From contig CAZECF010000019.1 of the NCBI GenBank assembly GCA_964510335.1, forward strand, positions 1,187 to 65,186: a stretch of DNA of 64,000 bases, in the 5' to 3' direction. Positions 44,941-55,400 of the stretch are shown in pieces (position 1 is the first letter of the stretch; every line of letters begins with the position of its first letter). A program made the position numbers and the translations under genes. The notes beneath the pieces were generated by a model. It saw nothing but the letters and a program-made list of their open reading frames with translations. It did not search any database and was not told where the DNA came from. Source of the stretch: an uncultured Bryobacter sp. (GTDB lineage Bacteria > Acidobacteriota > Terriglobia > Bryobacterales > Bryobacteraceae).

Positions 44941-44962
44941 TCATAATAGCATTTGATTATGA
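44941..44962. promoter_or_regulatory. perfect inverted repeat TCATAAT-N8-ATTATGA, candidate LysR-type box
   Basis: The arms at 44941-44947 and 44956-44962 are exact reverse complements and contain a T-N11-A core. The repeat lies in the LysR / TIGR03790-like divergent region and covers the ATG at 44959. Confidence 0.4.
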
Positions 44963-46044
44963 GGTTCATAGCAATTGCTTGCTTAGCCGGATTGGGCGTG
45001 GGATGGGCTGCGGAAAAAGACCGGGTGATGGTGGTGGTGAATGAGAATTCGGCGCGGTCGCGGCGGCTGGGGGAATTTTACCGGGGTTGGCACCAATTGG
45101 GGGCGGATCAGATTTGCCGGATTCGGGTAGCGGAAAGGGAGAGTATTGACCGTCAGGCTTATCAACGAGCGATTGCAGGCCCGTTACAGGAGTGTTTAGG
45201 CAAGCGGGAACAGAGACAGGAAGTGCAATATGTGGTGCTGACGCAGGGCATGCCGCTGCGGGTGCTACCGGAGAGGAAAACGGATGGAGCGAGCGTGGAT
45301 AGCGAAGTGGCGCTGCTTTATGCCGAGAGTCGGGGTGCGAAATTCGTGCGGGATGGGCCGCTTGACAATCCGTTTTACCGGCGCAAGGAGATGGCCTTCC
45401 GGCAGCAGGATTTTCCGATCTACCTGGTGACCCGACTGGCGGGCTACAGCTTTGAGGATGCAAAAAAGGCGGTGGAGCGGTGCCGGGAAGCGCGGAATGA
45501 GGGAAAGATCGTGCTGGATTTGAAGGCTGACAATGATGAGGCGGGCAATTCGTGGTTGCGAAATGCGGCGATTTTGCTGCCGGCCGAGCAGGTGGTGCTG
45601 GATGTATCCACCGAGGTGGTAGCGCCGCAAAAGCGGGTGATCGGATATGCGAGCTGGGGGTCGAATGACCGTGCAAGGAAGAGCCGCAAGAGTGGGATGG
45701 AGTGGCTCCCCGGGGCGATTGCAACAGAATTTGTGTCGACGAATGCAAGGACTTTTGCAGTGCCACCCACCGGCTGGACACTGGGGAAATGGGAGGACCG
45801 GGCGAGCCACTTTGCCAGAAGCCCGCAGTCGATGATTCTTGATTATGTGTGGGAAGGAGTCAGCGGGATTTCCGGCAACGTGGATGAGCCATTTCTGGCG
45901 CATACGGCTCGGCCGGACCTGCTGTTTCCCGCCTATTTGTCGGGGCGGAATCTGGCGGAGAGTTTTTATCTGGCGCTGCCGTCGCTGTCGTGGCAATCTA
46001 TCGTAATCGGAGATCCTTTGTGCAGACTCGCATCGCAACCTTAG
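44959..46044 (+). CDS. secreted conserved hypothetical protein (TIGR03790-like)
   Basis: I prefer ATG 44959 (MRFIAIACLAGLGVGWA) over the TTG at 44953 in the track. Blocks VMVVVNENSARS, VDSEVALLY, YLVTRLAGYS, SWQSIVIGDPLCRL match my recollection of TIGR03790. Confidence 0.6.
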   Translation: MRFIAIACLAGLGVGWAAEKDRVMVVVNENSARSRRLGEFYRGWHQLGADQICRIRVAERESIDRQAYQRAIAGPLQECLGKREQRQEVQYVVLTQGMPLRVLPERKTDGASVDSEVALLYAESRGAKFVRDGPLDNPFYRRKEMAFRQQDFPIYLVTRLAGYSFEDAKKAVERCREARNEGKIVLDLKADNDEAGNSWLRNAAILLPAEQVVLDVSTEVVAPQKRVIGYASWGSNDRARKSRKSGMEWLPGAIATEFVSTNARTFAVPPTGWTLGKWEDRASHFARSPQSMILDYVWEGVSGISGNVDEPFLAHTARPDLLFPAYLSGRNLAESFYLALPSLSWQSIVIGDPLCRLASQP

Positions 46045-46508
46045 CCGACCGGGACTTGTTGGTGGAAGTCGGGAGACGGACCTTTTTTGAGACGTTTGTG
46101 GGGACCTGTACGGATGAGGATATGGCGTTGTTTCTCGAAACTTCCTACGATCCGGCCAAGGTGGAGGCGGAATTGCGGGAGCCTTTGTCGCGGTTTCTGT
46201 TGATGGAGGATGAAGCGGGGCCGCTGGGCTTTACACGGCTGATGGGGGAGGACGGGGGACGGGTGGAGCTGGTGCGGTTTTATATGGAAGAGCGGGCGAT
46301 CGGGACTGGTGCGGCCCACCGGTTGATGGAAGAAACGCTCGATCTGGCGCGAAGCCTGGGCTACCAGGATGTGTATCTGGGAGTTTGGGAGAAGAATATC
46401 CGGGCCCAGCGCTTTTATGAAAAGTGGGGCTTTGCCAAGGTAGCCGAAAAGGTCTTTATGGTGGGTACGGACCCACAGGTGGACTGGCAATATGAGCGGC
46501 AGCTATAG
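46020..46508 (+). CDS. GNAT-family N-acetyltransferase
   Basis: Acetyl-CoA block RAIGTGAAHRLMEE and YEKWGF tail. GTG 46020 preferred over GTG 45990 because it shortens the overlap with the upstream gene. Start uncertain. Confidence 0.75.
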   Translation: MQTRIATLADRDLLVEVGRRTFFETFVGTCTDEDMALFLETSYDPAKVEAELREPLSRFLLMEDEAGPLGFTRLMGEDGGRVELVRFYMEERAIGTGAAHRLMEETLDLARSLGYQDVYLGVWEKNIRAQRFYEKWGFAKVAEKVFMVGTDPQVDWQYERQL

Positions 46509-47270
46509 CAGGCTGACAAATTCGGCGAGGACGGCGTAGCGGTCTTCGTCGGCACTCAGGTGGAGGACGGGAAACTCGGGGTTGAGGGGCTCGAGATCGA
46601 TCGAGGATTGCGACCAGGTATCGTCGCTCGACTGGGACTTTTGAGACCGGTAGACCTTGAGCGTGTAGCGATTGCTCGTCTCAGAGCGGTCTTCGACGAG
46701 AACGCGTTTGCCGTTGCGGGAGCCGGCGCCGAATTTGCGGAAGACGCAGAGAGAGCCCGATGGGACCAGCGGCTCCATGCTGCGGCCGTAGACTTCACAG
46801 ACGAACATGTCGCGGGAAAGACGCAAGCTGTCGGGAGCCTCGACCCAGGCCGAGATTTCGTTCGGGTCGGCGATTGGTTCGCCAAAGGCTCCGGCGGCAG
46901 AGCGCAGGGCATAGCGTGGCAGGTGGGTCACGTAAGGCTGAACCGGCGTGGGGATGTGTTCGCGATAGAGCTGGCGGAGGGTGAAGTCGAGGGCAGAAGA
47001 TTGGACTTCGCTGCGCTCAGAGAGCGTGAGAACGTTGGAAAGTGTCGATTCCAGCCATTCGAGGGCCCGGGTGGCCCCCATCTCGGCGGAAAGCTGGTTG
47101 AGGTGGGACTCCATGCCGGCGAGAATTTCGGCGTCATCGGGCGAGGCGAGTTGATCAAAGTCGCGGCGGAGTTTGACGGCGAGCCGCTCGGCCGCCTGGT
47201 CATAGAGCAATACTCCCGCCGGCTCAGCGGGGCGGCCCGGAAGAGCGAGGGTGAGGAGGGAGAAAGTCAT
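46503..47270 (-). CDS. S24 (LexA/UmuD-type) self-cleaving peptidase domain fused to an unrecognised N-terminal domain
   Basis: 255 aa. Ala-Gly site in LRSAAGAFGEP, Ser block YGRSMEP, Lys block YTLKVYRS. I saw no helix-turn-helix in the first ~120 aa. Confidence 0.65.
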   Translation of the reverse strand: MTFSLLTLALPGRPAEPAGVLLYDQAAERLAVKLRRDFDQLASPDDAEILAGMESHLNQLSAEMGATRALEWLESTLSNVLTLSERSEVQSSALDFTLRQLYREHIPTPVQPYVTHLPRYALRSAAGAFGEPIADPNEISAWVEAPDSLRLSRDMFVCEVYGRSMEPLVPSGSLCVFRKFGAGSRNGKRVLVEDRSETSNRYTLKVYRSQKSQSSDDTWSQSSIDLEPLNPEFPVLHLSADEDRYAVLAEFVSLL

Positions 47271-47289
47271 GGGTCAAATAACGTATCGG

Positions 47290-48324
47290 TTAAGGGTTGG
47301 CGGGGTAATAGCCGGAGCGATAGCGAATCTTGAGGTTCGGGACGGACGGCACTTCGACGCGGATGCGACGGAAGGCGCGGCGATCGTCGGTATCGTCCGG
47401 CACATAGCGAATGATGTACTGCGTGGTGACTTCGCCCTGGATGGCGGCCACGGCGTTGAACATGCCTTTGGCAAGTTCTGCGGCGTACTGGCCAGTACCA
47501 ACCTTGTAAGCGAAATTGCCTTCGTCAGAAGGGGTAGACAGATAGCCGGAGACGTCTTTATAGAGACCTTCGAGGGGGAAGACGACACGGCCGCCGGTTT
47601 CCTCCGCCAGGCGCATGAGATTTTTCTCGCCATCGGCCTTGAAGCCAAAGGCGACGGTGGACATCCCGAAAATGGTGACGAGATTGCGCTGGGCGATTTC
47701 GATGACTTCTTCGAGGCCCTTTTTGGAAGCCGAGTCGTGACCGTCACCGATGATGACGATGACACGGCGGGGTTCAATGGGTTCGCCGTGCACGAGCTTG
47801 CGGTTGGTGCAGGCGAGATAGAGCGCGTCGTAAAGTGCCGCCCCACCGCCGGGTTTGGTCTTGCGAATCTTCTCCTGGATCTTGTCGGGAGAGGGCGTGG
47901 TATCGACGGCAACTTCCGCGGTGGTCGAGTAGGTAACCAGGTAGCCGGAGAACTTCTTGGGGCCTTCCTGGGGAAGCAGCGCGAGAACCAGTTCTTCTGC
48001 GGCTTCGGCGAAGGTCTTCCAGTGGAGGCGGTTGAGGTTGCTGGTGTCGAGCAGGAAGCCGACTACGACGGGTTGTTCGCGTTCGGCATTGAAGTAGGAG
48101 ATGCGCTGTTCTTTGTTTTCGTCGTAGATGCGGAAGTCAGCCTGCTTCAAATCGCTGACGAACTTTCCTTTGTCGTCAGTGACCGTAATGGGCACGATGA
48201 CTTCGTTGACGGAGACGGAGAGGTTGGGGTCCTGGGTTGCCTGGGCGGCCTTTAGCGAAGAAGAAAAAGGAGCGCCGTTCAGCAACGCCGGTCCCACGAG
48301 CATAAAGTGACGGCGTGAAGTCAT
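47290..48324 (-). CDS. VWA-domain protein of the acidobacterial VWFA-related type (TIGR03436-like)
   Basis: 344 aa. Tat-like MTSRRHFMLVGPALL. Block VSVNEVIVPITVTDDKGKFV..ADFRIYDENKEQRI. The MIDAS position reads DTSNL (degenerate). Confidence 0.75.
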   Translation of the reverse strand: MTSRRHFMLVGPALLNGAPFSSSLKAAQATQDPNLSVSVNEVIVPITVTDDKGKFVSDLKQADFRIYDENKEQRISYFNAEREQPVVVGFLLDTSNLNRLHWKTFAEAAEELVLALLPQEGPKKFSGYLVTYSTTAEVAVDTTPSPDKIQEKIRKTKPGGGAALYDALYLACTNRKLVHGEPIEPRRVIVIIGDGHDSASKKGLEEVIEIAQRNLVTIFGMSTVAFGFKADGEKNLMRLAEETGGRVVFPLEGLYKDVSGYLSTPSDEGNFAYKVGTGQYAAELAKGMFNAVAAIQGEVTTQYIIRYVPDDTDDRRAFRRIRVEVPSVPNLKIRYRSGYYPANP

Positions 48325-48375
48325 AACGTTTGAAACAACTTCTATTGTAACGGCGCTCCGTAGAAAAGGGTTACG

Positions 48376-49407
48376 TTAGCGCTGAACGCGGCCGGAGCCG
48401 CCGCCCTGAACAAGGGCTTCGACTTCCTCACGCGAAAAGCGGTTGAAGTCGCCGGGGATGGAATGCTTGAGACAACTGGCAGCGACGGCAAATTCGAGCG
48501 CCGCCTGCGGCGAGTCCAGCGCCAGCAGGCCGTAGATCAGGCCGCCGGCGAAGCTGTCGCCACCGCCGACCCGGTCGACGATGTGCGTGATGTCGTAACG
48601 CTTGCTGGTGAGGAAAGTGCCGCCCTGGTTGAGGCAGGCAGACCATCCGTTGTGAGAAGCCGAGAAAGATTCGCGCAAAGTAATGGCGATGGTTTTGACG
48701 TTGGGATAAGCGGCGAGAACCCTGTTGCTGAGCTTTTCGTAGGCAGCGTGGTCGAGCTTGCCCGAATGCACGTCGGCTTCGCTTTCAATGCCCAGTGCCA
48801 TCTGGCAATCCTCTTCATTGGCGATGATGACGTCGGTATGGGCGACGAGAAGGGGCATGACTTCGGCCGCTTTTTTTCCGTACTTCCAAAGATTTTTCCG
48901 GAAGTTGAGGTCACAACTGACTGTGAGGCCAGCGGCCTTGGCGGCTTTGACGCTTTCGATGGCTAACTCCGCCGCGCTCGAACTGATGGCGGGAGTGATG
49001 CCGGTGATGTGAAACCAACCGGCGCCGGCGAAGATTTCGGCGAAGGGAATCGCACCGGGCTGGGCCAGGGCGATCGATGAACCTTCGCGGTCGTAAAGTA
49101 CTTTTGCGCCCCGCTGGTTGGCACCCGGTTCGACAAAGTAAATACCGAAGCGGCCGGGGCCGCGGACAACGCCCGAGACATCGACTTTGAAGCGGCGCAT
49201 CTCACCGAGGAAGGCATCGGTGATGGCGTTCTTGTCCGGCAGGACGGTCGTATAGCGGGCAGGCCAACCGAAACCAGCGACGCTGACAGCGACATTGGCT
49301 TCGCCACCACCGAAGGTGGCAACAAACTGGGGGGATTGGAGGAAGCGTTCCATGCCCGGAGGCGCGAGACGCAGCATGATCTCACCAAAGGTGACGACAG
49401 GCTTCAT
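48376..49407 (-). CDS. kdgK: 2-dehydro-3-deoxygluconokinase (PfkB sugar kinase)
   Basis: 343 aa. FGEIMLRL N-terminus and [12 protein letters not shown] anion-hole motif. Confidence 0.8.
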   Translation of the reverse strand: MKPVVTFGEIMLRLAPPGMERFLQSPQFVATFGGGEANVAVSVAGFGWPARYTTVLPDKNAITDAFLGEMRRFKVDVSGVVRGPGRFGIYFVEPGANQRGAKVLYDREGSSIALAQPGAIPFAEIFAGAGWFHITGITPAISSSAAELAIESVKAAKAAGLTVSCDLNFRKNLWKYGKKAAEVMPLLVAHTDVIIANEEDCQMALGIESEADVHSGKLDHAAYEKLSNRVLAAYPNVKTIAITLRESFSASHNGWSACLNQGGTFLTSKRYDITHIVDRVGGGDSFAGGLIYGLLALDSPQAALEFAVAASCLKHSIPGDFNRFSREEVEALVQGGGSGRVQR

Positions 49408-49426
49408 AAGAAATCGATCTCCTATT

Positions 49427-49771
49427 TTAACTCACGAGCATCCAGACAACGAAGGCGGCCAGGGTGAAGACTTCCCCGATCATCAGAACATTGCGGATGG
49501 AAACAAAGCGGCGCCAGGAGGAGCGAGCGGGATGTTCGGGGAAATTGCTGACGTGGGCCGAGAGGGCCCGGGCCCAGGCCGGAGGAGTGGTGAAGGGGAA
49601 GATGTAGGGATAATCGAGGCGCTTGGGGTCGTAGCCCTTGGGCAGGTAGGCGGCGATTTCATCCCGGACGCGGCGGAAGGCGATGCGCTCGCGCAAGAGC
49701 GTGAGAATGACGCCGGTATTGGCGGCCAGCAGAAACATCATCCAGATGAAGACACCCTGAGTTTTATCCAA
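49427..49771 (-). CDS. small membrane protein
   Basis: 114 aa (TTG start in track). TM segments at both ends ([35 protein letters not shown]). Confidence 0.45.
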   Translation of the reverse strand: MDKTQGVFIWMMFLLAANTGVILTLLRERIAFRRVRDEIAAYLPKGYDPKRLDYPYIFPFTTPPAWARALSAHVSNFPEHPARSSWRRFVSIRNVLMIGEVFTLAAFVVWMLVS

Positions 49772-49814
49772 GCGAAGAAAGCCTCTTGGACCAGTTTAGT
49801 TAAGCTTGGGAAGA

Positions 49815-50378
49815 ATGGATGCAAGACAGCAGGAACGGGCGGATTGGCGAAGCTTGGCGGCCTTTGCGGTGGGAGCGCTGATTGCTACGGAAGTGGGACG
49901 GCGGATGGTGACCGCCCCACCAGCAGCGCAGGGCTGGGAGTTGATCTACTGGTTTACCGACCGGGTATTCTTTGACGGAAAGTGGCTGGTGCTGGTGGCG
50001 ATGGCGCTGGCGCCGATGCGGGAGAATTTGCCGCTGCGGGTGATGGGGCCGGGGGCGGGGTTTCTGCTGATGGTGGGTTCGTTTTTGCAATTGTCGGACC
50101 CCTTGTTTCTGGTCCTAACCGGTCTGGTGGCTGGCTCGATTCTGAAGAGCTTGCGGCTCGGCGACGGACCGCTGATGATTGTGGCGGCGGGGGGCTTGAT
50201 GATGGGAGTGCCGGTGAACGGCTTTACCGGATTGATGGCGGCCAAGGCCGGCTTTCCTCCCGCGTTGATGAAGAACCTCTTTGGGTCAGTAGCGGGGGTG
50301 GGCTCTTTGGCAATCGCGTTGTCGTTTGCCGGAACGTTTTTGCTGGGGAGAAGATGGTGGCGGCGCAGACGCGCTTAA
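49815..50378 (+). CDS. polytopic membrane protein
   Basis: ATG 49815 preferred over TTG 49806. Several hydrophobic segments (LAAFAVGALIA, WLVLVAMALAP, GFLLMVGSFLQL, LMIVAAGGLMMGV, SLAIALSFAGTFLL). Confidence 0.5.
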   Translation: MDARQQERADWRSLAAFAVGALIATEVGRRMVTAPPAAQGWELIYWFTDRVFFDGKWLVLVAMALAPMRENLPLRVMGPGAGFLLMVGSFLQLSDPLFLVLTGLVAGSILKSLRLGDGPLMIVAAGGLMMGVPVNGFTGLMAAKAGFPPALMKNLFGSVAGVGSLAIALSFAGTFLLGRRWWRRRRA

Positions 50379-50495
50379 AGCGCCGTGCCGTTGTTGGGTG
50401 CCCCAGGAATGCGGACGCGGAGGAAGTTGGTGCGTTTGTGCATGGGCAGACGCAGGCGCGAACGGATCAGTTCGATCTCAAAAACTTCCGACGCT

Positions 50496-50993
50496 TCACT
50501 CAGCAGTTTCAGCTTCTGCGCGTTGCTGAGCTTGGGCTGTAATTTCGTTGAGTGTTTTTTCGAGGACATCGAGCACCGCTTTGTCTTTGGGCCTGCCTGC
50601 CGCACGCTTGCTGGCAATCACGTCAGCTAGCGAAGCGACCAAAAGCTTCTTACCTTCTATTCGAACAGGAGTTGCGCGACTGCGCAAGCTGGCGAGAGAA
50701 CGGATGCCGCCGGCAACGGTTAGGAAATCGACGTAAAAATCTTCCCCGTCAAATTCCAGGCGGCACATGGAGGATAGTTGCGGGAAGGGCCGGGTCAGGC
50801 GGACAGAGAGAAGCTGCGCAACTTTGTGCAGTTTTTCCTGATTGACCTTGGTATCCCGGTAGTAAAAATCAAGATCTACCGTGGTGACGGGCGCGCCTTG
50901 CAGGGCAGCGGCAGCATTGCCAATCAGGATCGCTTCGAGCCCTGCGGCTTCAAGGGCAGCCGCGACGCGAACCAGGTATTTTGTTGCGTCCAT
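50496..50993 (-). CDS. minimal nucleotidyltransferase-fold protein (DUF2204/AbiEii-like)
   Basis: 165 aa. ILIGNAAAALQGAPVTTVDLDFYY (G..A...G....T.D.D pattern) and C-terminal VASLADVIASKRAAGRPKDKAVLDVL. Starts 3 nt after the DUF1501 stop. Confidence 0.55.
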   Translation of the reverse strand: MDATKYLVRVAAALEAAGLEAILIGNAAAALQGAPVTTVDLDFYYRDTKVNQEKLHKVAQLLSVRLTRPFPQLSSMCRLEFDGEDFYVDFLTVAGGIRSLASLRSRATPVRIEGKKLLVASLADVIASKRAAGRPKDKAVLDVLEKTLNEITAQAQQRAEAETAE

Positions 50994-50996
50994 GCT

Positions 50997-52421
50997 TTAA
51001 CTTAGCAGCGGACGCACCACCCGGCCGTGTACATCGGTAAGACGATAGTGACGCCCCTGAAACTTGAAAGTAAGTCGGGAATGATCGATGCCGAGGGTAT
51101 GCAGAACGGTGGCGTGGAGGTCGTGAAGGTCGACCGGATTCTCGGTGATGTTGTAGGAAAAGTCATCCGTTTCACCGTGCGTGAGGCCGGGCTTGAAGCC
51201 GCCACCGGCCATCCAGGCAGTGAAACAGCGCGGGTGGTGGTCGCGGCCGTAATTGGTCTCTGTCAGCGTACCCTGGGAGTAAACCGTGCGGCCGAATTCG
51301 CCCATCCAGATGACGACCGTGTCCTTGAGCAAGCCCCGCTGCTTCAAGTCCTTGACGAGGGCGGCGGAGGGCTGATCGGTTTCGCGGCACTGGGCCCGAA
51401 TCTCTTTGGGGAGATTGGAGTGCTGGTCCCAGCCGCGGTGAAAAAGCTGTACGAAACGGACGCCGCGTTCGACCAGGCGACGGGCCAGGATGCAGTTGGC
51501 GGCATAGGAACCGGGCTTGCGGGAATCGGGGCCGTAAAGCTCAAAAGTATTTTCCGGTTCGGTGGACAGGTCGCTCAGCTCGGGCACGCTCGATTGCATC
51601 CGAAAGGCCATCTCATACTGAGCGATGCGGGTGGCGATTTCCGGGTCCTGATAGTCGTCGAGCTGGATCTGGTTGAGGCGGGCGAGATCGTCGAGATAGC
51701 GGCGGCGGGCATCGCGGGAATAGCCACCCGGGTCGGACAGATAAAGCACCGGGTCGGCCCCGCCGCGGAACTTGACGCCCGAGTATTTCGTCGGCAAAAA
51801 GCCGGAACCGAAGGAGCGGTCGGCGAGCGCTTGCGTGTTGCCCGAACCCTGACTGACCATGACGACATAGCCAGGAAGATTCTGATTTTCGCTACCGAGC
51901 CCGTAGGCAACCCAGGCGCCAAAGCTGGGGCGGCCGGCAAGCTGGAAGCCGGTCTGGATGAAGGTAACGGCGGGGTCGTGGTTGATGGCCTCCGTATGCA
52001 GGCTCTTGACGAAACAAAGATCATCGGCGCAAGAGGCCATGTGGGGAACCAGGTCACTGAACCACGCCCGGGATTCACCGTGCTGGGCGAACTTGAAGAT
52101 GGTGGGAGCGGTGGGGAATTTTTCCTGGAAGGCAGTCATGCCGGTGAGGCGCTGGCCTTTGCGGATCGAGTCAGGAAGGTCTTCCCCGCGGCGGGAGGCG
52201 AGGGCGGGCTTCCAATCGAAGAGATCGAGCTGGCTGGGTGCGCCGTGCTGAAAAAGGAGGATGACGTTCTTGGCGCGCGGGGCGTGGTGGGGCAGACCGG
52301 GCAGGCGGGGATGGACTTCTTTTTGCTCTTCTCCTTGCAGCAGCGAAGACAGGGCCGCGAGGCCGATGCCGGTGGAGGACTTGCGGAAGAAATGACGGCG
52401 GGTTTGGAGGAGCGGGTGCAT
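50997..52421 (-). CDS. DUF1501-family sulfatase-fold protein with twin-arginine signal
   Basis: Start moved to ATG 52421 (MHPLLQTRRHFFRKSSTGIGLAALSSLL). 474 aa, paralogous to 32687..34066. Confidence 0.85.
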   Translation of the reverse strand: MHPLLQTRRHFFRKSSTGIGLAALSSLLQGEEQKEVHPRLPGLPHHAPRAKNVILLFQHGAPSQLDLFDWKPALASRRGEDLPDSIRKGQRLTGMTAFQEKFPTAPTIFKFAQHGESRAWFSDLVPHMASCADDLCFVKSLHTEAINHDPAVTFIQTGFQLAGRPSFGAWVAYGLGSENQNLPGYVVMVSQGSGNTQALADRSFGSGFLPTKYSGVKFRGGADPVLYLSDPGGYSRDARRRYLDDLARLNQIQLDDYQDPEIATRIAQYEMAFRMQSSVPELSDLSTEPENTFELYGPDSRKPGSYAANCILARRLVERGVRFVQLFHRGWDQHSNLPKEIRAQCRETDQPSAALVKDLKQRGLLKDTVVIWMGEFGRTVYSQGTLTETNYGRDHHPRCFTAWMAGGGFKPGLTHGETDDFSYNITENPVDLHDLHATVLHTLGIDHSRLTFKFQGRHYRLTDVHGRVVRPLLS

Positions 52422-52425
52422 CTGG

Positions 52426-55400
52426 CTAGTCCTTGGTAAGAGTCTGGTCGAGGTTGAGGAGCAGGCTGGCGAGGGCCATGTAGGCGGCCTGTTCGGACTG
52501 GGGCAGCTTGGGATCGAGCGGCGAATCACCTTGCCGCAAGTAGGTCTCGACGCGACCGGGCTGGCTGGCAAAGTAATCGCGATGGTAATTGAGGTTCGAC
52601 TTGAGCACCGCGAGTTCCGTTGCGGTGGCAGGGCGGGCCAGCAAAAGTTTCATGCCGAATTGGAGGCGGTCTTCCTCCGTTGCGCCGCCCTCGGTAAGCA
52701 TGCGGCGGGCGATATGGCGGCTCGCCTCAAGGAAGGTGACATCGTTCATGAGCGTGAGGGCCTGTAGCGGCGTGTTGGTGCGGGATTCGCGGACTACGCA
52801 GCTTTCGCGCGTGGAGGCATCAAAGTTGGTCATCATGGGCGGCGCGATGGTGCGCTTCCAGTAGATGTACAGAGAACGGCGGTAGAGGTCGTCGCCGTGG
52901 TCCTGGGTGTAATCCATGTTCTGCATGGACTGTTCTTCCCAAAGGCCAGCGGGCTGGTAAGGCTTGATGCTGGGGCCGCCGAGCTTGGGGCTGAGGAGGT
53001 TGGCGGCAGCAAGAGCCTGATCGCGAATGGCTTCAGCGGGCAGGCGCAGGCGCGGGCCACGAGCCAGCAGGCGATTCTCCGGGTCGCGCTGGTTCAGCGT
53101 GGGGGTGGAGCGGCTGTCCTGACGGTAAGCGGCGCTGGTGACCATCAGCCGGAACATGTGTTTGAGATCCCAACCGGAATCCATGAACTCAACGGCGAGC
53201 CAGTCTAGGAGTTCGGGGTGCGTGGGATACTCGCCCTGGCTGCCGAAGTCTTCGGTAGTCTTCACCAGGCCGGTGCCAAAGATCATCTGCCAGAAGCGAT
53301 TGATATTGACGCGGGCCGTCAGGGGATTGTCGCGGGCAACCATCCATTGCGCGAGGCCAAGGCGGTTGTTGGGCGCACCGGCAGGGAGGCCGGGAAGGAA
53401 GCTGGGCAGGCCGGGCTCGACCTTGTCGCCGGGCTTGTTGTATTCGCCCCGGATGAGGATATGGGTGTCGCGGCGCTGGGGATTTTCGGCCATCACCATT
53501 ACGGTGGGGAAGCTGCGCTCATGGGCTTCGCGGGCCTGTTCGAGCTGAATCAATTTGGCCCACAATTGTTTTTGGGCGGCCGGGGCGGCGGGTGATTCGA
53601 GGTAAGCTTCGCGCACCTGGCGGGTGGCGGAATCGAGATCGCGAAGAAGCTGCCCTTGGGCCAGCAGCGCGATGTCGGCTTCCGGCAGCGTGCGGGACCA
53701 GATGAGGACTTCGTCAAAGCGGCCCTTGAAGCGGCGCTCCGGACCAGCCCCAGCGCCGATGCGGAAGGGCTCAGGGAATTCCTTGCCGCCGTTGTTGAAA
53801 GGGCGGTAGAGATTGTCGAGCTCCACCTTGAAGCGGACGGGCTTGCCATCGACGTAAACGTGCACGCCTTCGGCCATGCGGGAGCCCGTATAGCGCAAGG
53901 CGAGGTGTTGCCATTGGGAAGATTTCAGGATGGGCTCTTCGGAGATGAGGCGGATGGCGTCATCGTCAAAGTCGCTGGTGAAGTGGACATGGAGCTTGCC
54001 CTGACGGGCCTCCATGCCAAAGCCACGGCCACGGGGCGCGTCCTTTGAGCGCGACACCAGGGAACCGTCCGGAATGGAATCAGACTGCACCCAGAAGCTC
54101 AGCGAGAAGCGATCTTCGATATCGAAGTTGGCGGCCTGGAAACCGGCGTCGAGCCAGGTATTGCCGTCCAGCTGAACAGCGTTGCCGATGCGCCCGGGAA
54201 CGAAGCTCACCACGCCGCCATTGGCGCGGGTCTCCTCGGCAGAATCCAGGCTGAGCTTGCGCTTGAGGTCAAAGGCGGGGAACCAGTACTGCGTGGAAGT
54301 TTTGGGCAGGGCTGCCTGCCAGGCCTTTAGCTTGGCAGCCTCTGGCCGGATGGCTTTGCTGGTTTGGGAGATCTCATGGACAAGCTGGGTCAGGCGCGCC
54401 TGCTGGGCATCGGTCGGATAGGGCACCATCGGAGGAGAGTTGCCATACTTCATGGCGCGTCCCTGCTCGGGAACATTGTTGAAGAAGGCGTAGAACTGGT
54501 ACATCTCCTTCTGGGTGAGCGGATCGTACTTGTGGTTGTGGCAGCGGGCACAGCCGAAGGTCAGACCAAGAAAGACAGCGCTGTTGGTTTCCACGCGATC
54601 AATGACGTATTCGACGTTGTACTCTTCGGCGACGATGCCAAGCTCGGTATTGGCGCGGTGATTGCGCTGAAAGCCAGTGGCCACCTTTTGTTCGAGTGTG
54701 GCGTTGGGGAGCAGGTCGCCGGCAATCTGTTCGCTGACAAACTGGTCAAAAGGCTTGTTGCGATTGAAGCTGTTGATCACGTAGTCACGCCAGCGCCACA
54801 TGATGCGTTCACCGTCGTACTGGTAGCCGTTGGTGTCGGCATAGCGGGCATTGTCGAGCCAGCGCATGGCAAGACGTTCGCCAAAGCGGGGGCTGGCAAG
54901 CAGGCGGTCAACGAGCTTCTCGTAAGCCTTCGGCGACTTGTCGGCGAGGAAGGCATCGACTTCCTGCGGAGTGGGCGGCAGGCCCGTGAGGTCAAGCGTC
55001 ACACGGCGGAGGAGACGGTCGCGCGAGGCCTCCGGACGGGGAGCCAATTCTTCGCGCTCGAGGCGTTCCAGAATAAAGGCATCGATCGGATTGCGAACCC
55101 AGGCGGCTTGCTTGAGCTCGGGCAAAGTGGGGCGGGCCGGCGGGAGAAAGCTCCAATGTTTTTGCCAGGTGGCACCCTCGGCAATCCAGCGGGCGAGGAT
55201 GTCGCGTTCTTCCGCACTGATGGCGTGACCGGTGAAGGCGGGCGGCATCTTGCGGGCCTTCGACGGAGTGTCGATACGTTTCAGAATCTCACTGGCAGCC
55301 GGGTCGCCGGGAACGATCGCGCGTCGTCCGCCGAGGTCCGATTTGGCAATATCTTCAACGTCCAGACGCAGGGGAATGTTTTTGTTCTTGGCGTCAGCAC

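Noticed and set aside
50375-50617. 80-aa minus-strand ORF downstream of the NTase-fold gene
   Set aside because: It overlaps the NTase-fold gene by 74 to 122 nt depending on the start, and I recognise no motif. I kept it only as a note in the findings, not as a feature.
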